Of a stretch of 64,000 nt of DNA, positions 63,641 through 64,000 are shown in pieces. The notes under the pieces are model-generated. The model was not told the origin of the DNA. It saw nothing but the letters and a program-made list of their open reading frames with translations, and made no database searches. The DNA lies in contig OX597827.1 of assembly GCA_951406725.2 (NCBI GenBank), positions 36,890,001 through 36,954,000 of the forward strand, in the 5' to 3' direction. The stretch comes from Octopus vulgaris (Eukaryota). Position 1 is the stretch's first letter; each line of letters starts with the position of its first letter. The position numbers and the translations under genes were made by a program.

Positions 63641-64000
63641 CACTTGTTCTTTGTAATTTGATACAGGCAATTGTGGAATCACTCATTATTGTCCTCAGCA
63701 CCCTTTTTCTTTCCAAGAATTTGTTTTCACATTTTCTTTCTTCTTCTACTTCTTCCTCCTTTCTTCTCTCCTCCTCCTCCTCTCCCCTCCCCCTCCTTTT
63801 ATCTACTTTGCTATTTGCACTGTCCTTGTTTTGTCCATATTTTCACAGTCTGTTTACATTTTCATTTTCATTTACTTTTTGCTTTCTTCGCTGGGTAAAG
63901 CATATAGTATTTTGTGAGTGGAATGAGTTTGCATCATTAACTGATGATTATGCTGAGGATGGGTGACCACTCAAAAACTTGAGTCCATATGTATCATGTA

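Overview
AT-rich, microsatellite-dense eukaryotic DNA. The SINE/LINE repertoire looks like an octopus or other coleoid cephalopod genome (inference from recognised repeat families). No intact host gene is visible: almost all ORF-track entries are translated microsatellites or antisense frames of repeats, and only one 75-bp candidate exon was found, so the window is probably intronic or intergenic. It holds several tRNA-derived SINE families and decayed RTE, CR1, R4/Dong-like and L1/Tx1-like LINEs. It also holds a decayed Penelope-like element (PLE; RT + GIY-YIG), Helitron pieces and mariner/pogo/hAT remnants. The most striking signal is a set of short elements carrying minimal type I hammerhead ribozyme (HHR) motifs, many arranged as head-to-head fold-back palindromes next to (TA)n or (TAA)n tracts. 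They include (i) an HHR with a compensatory G3:C8 swap of the core pair, (ii) a family with shared core variants (A6U, U4C) and (iii) a tRNA-headed, SINE-like element with a hammerhead tail, a candidate PLE-mobilised SINE. All alignments, folds and translations were done by eye; boundaries are approximate.
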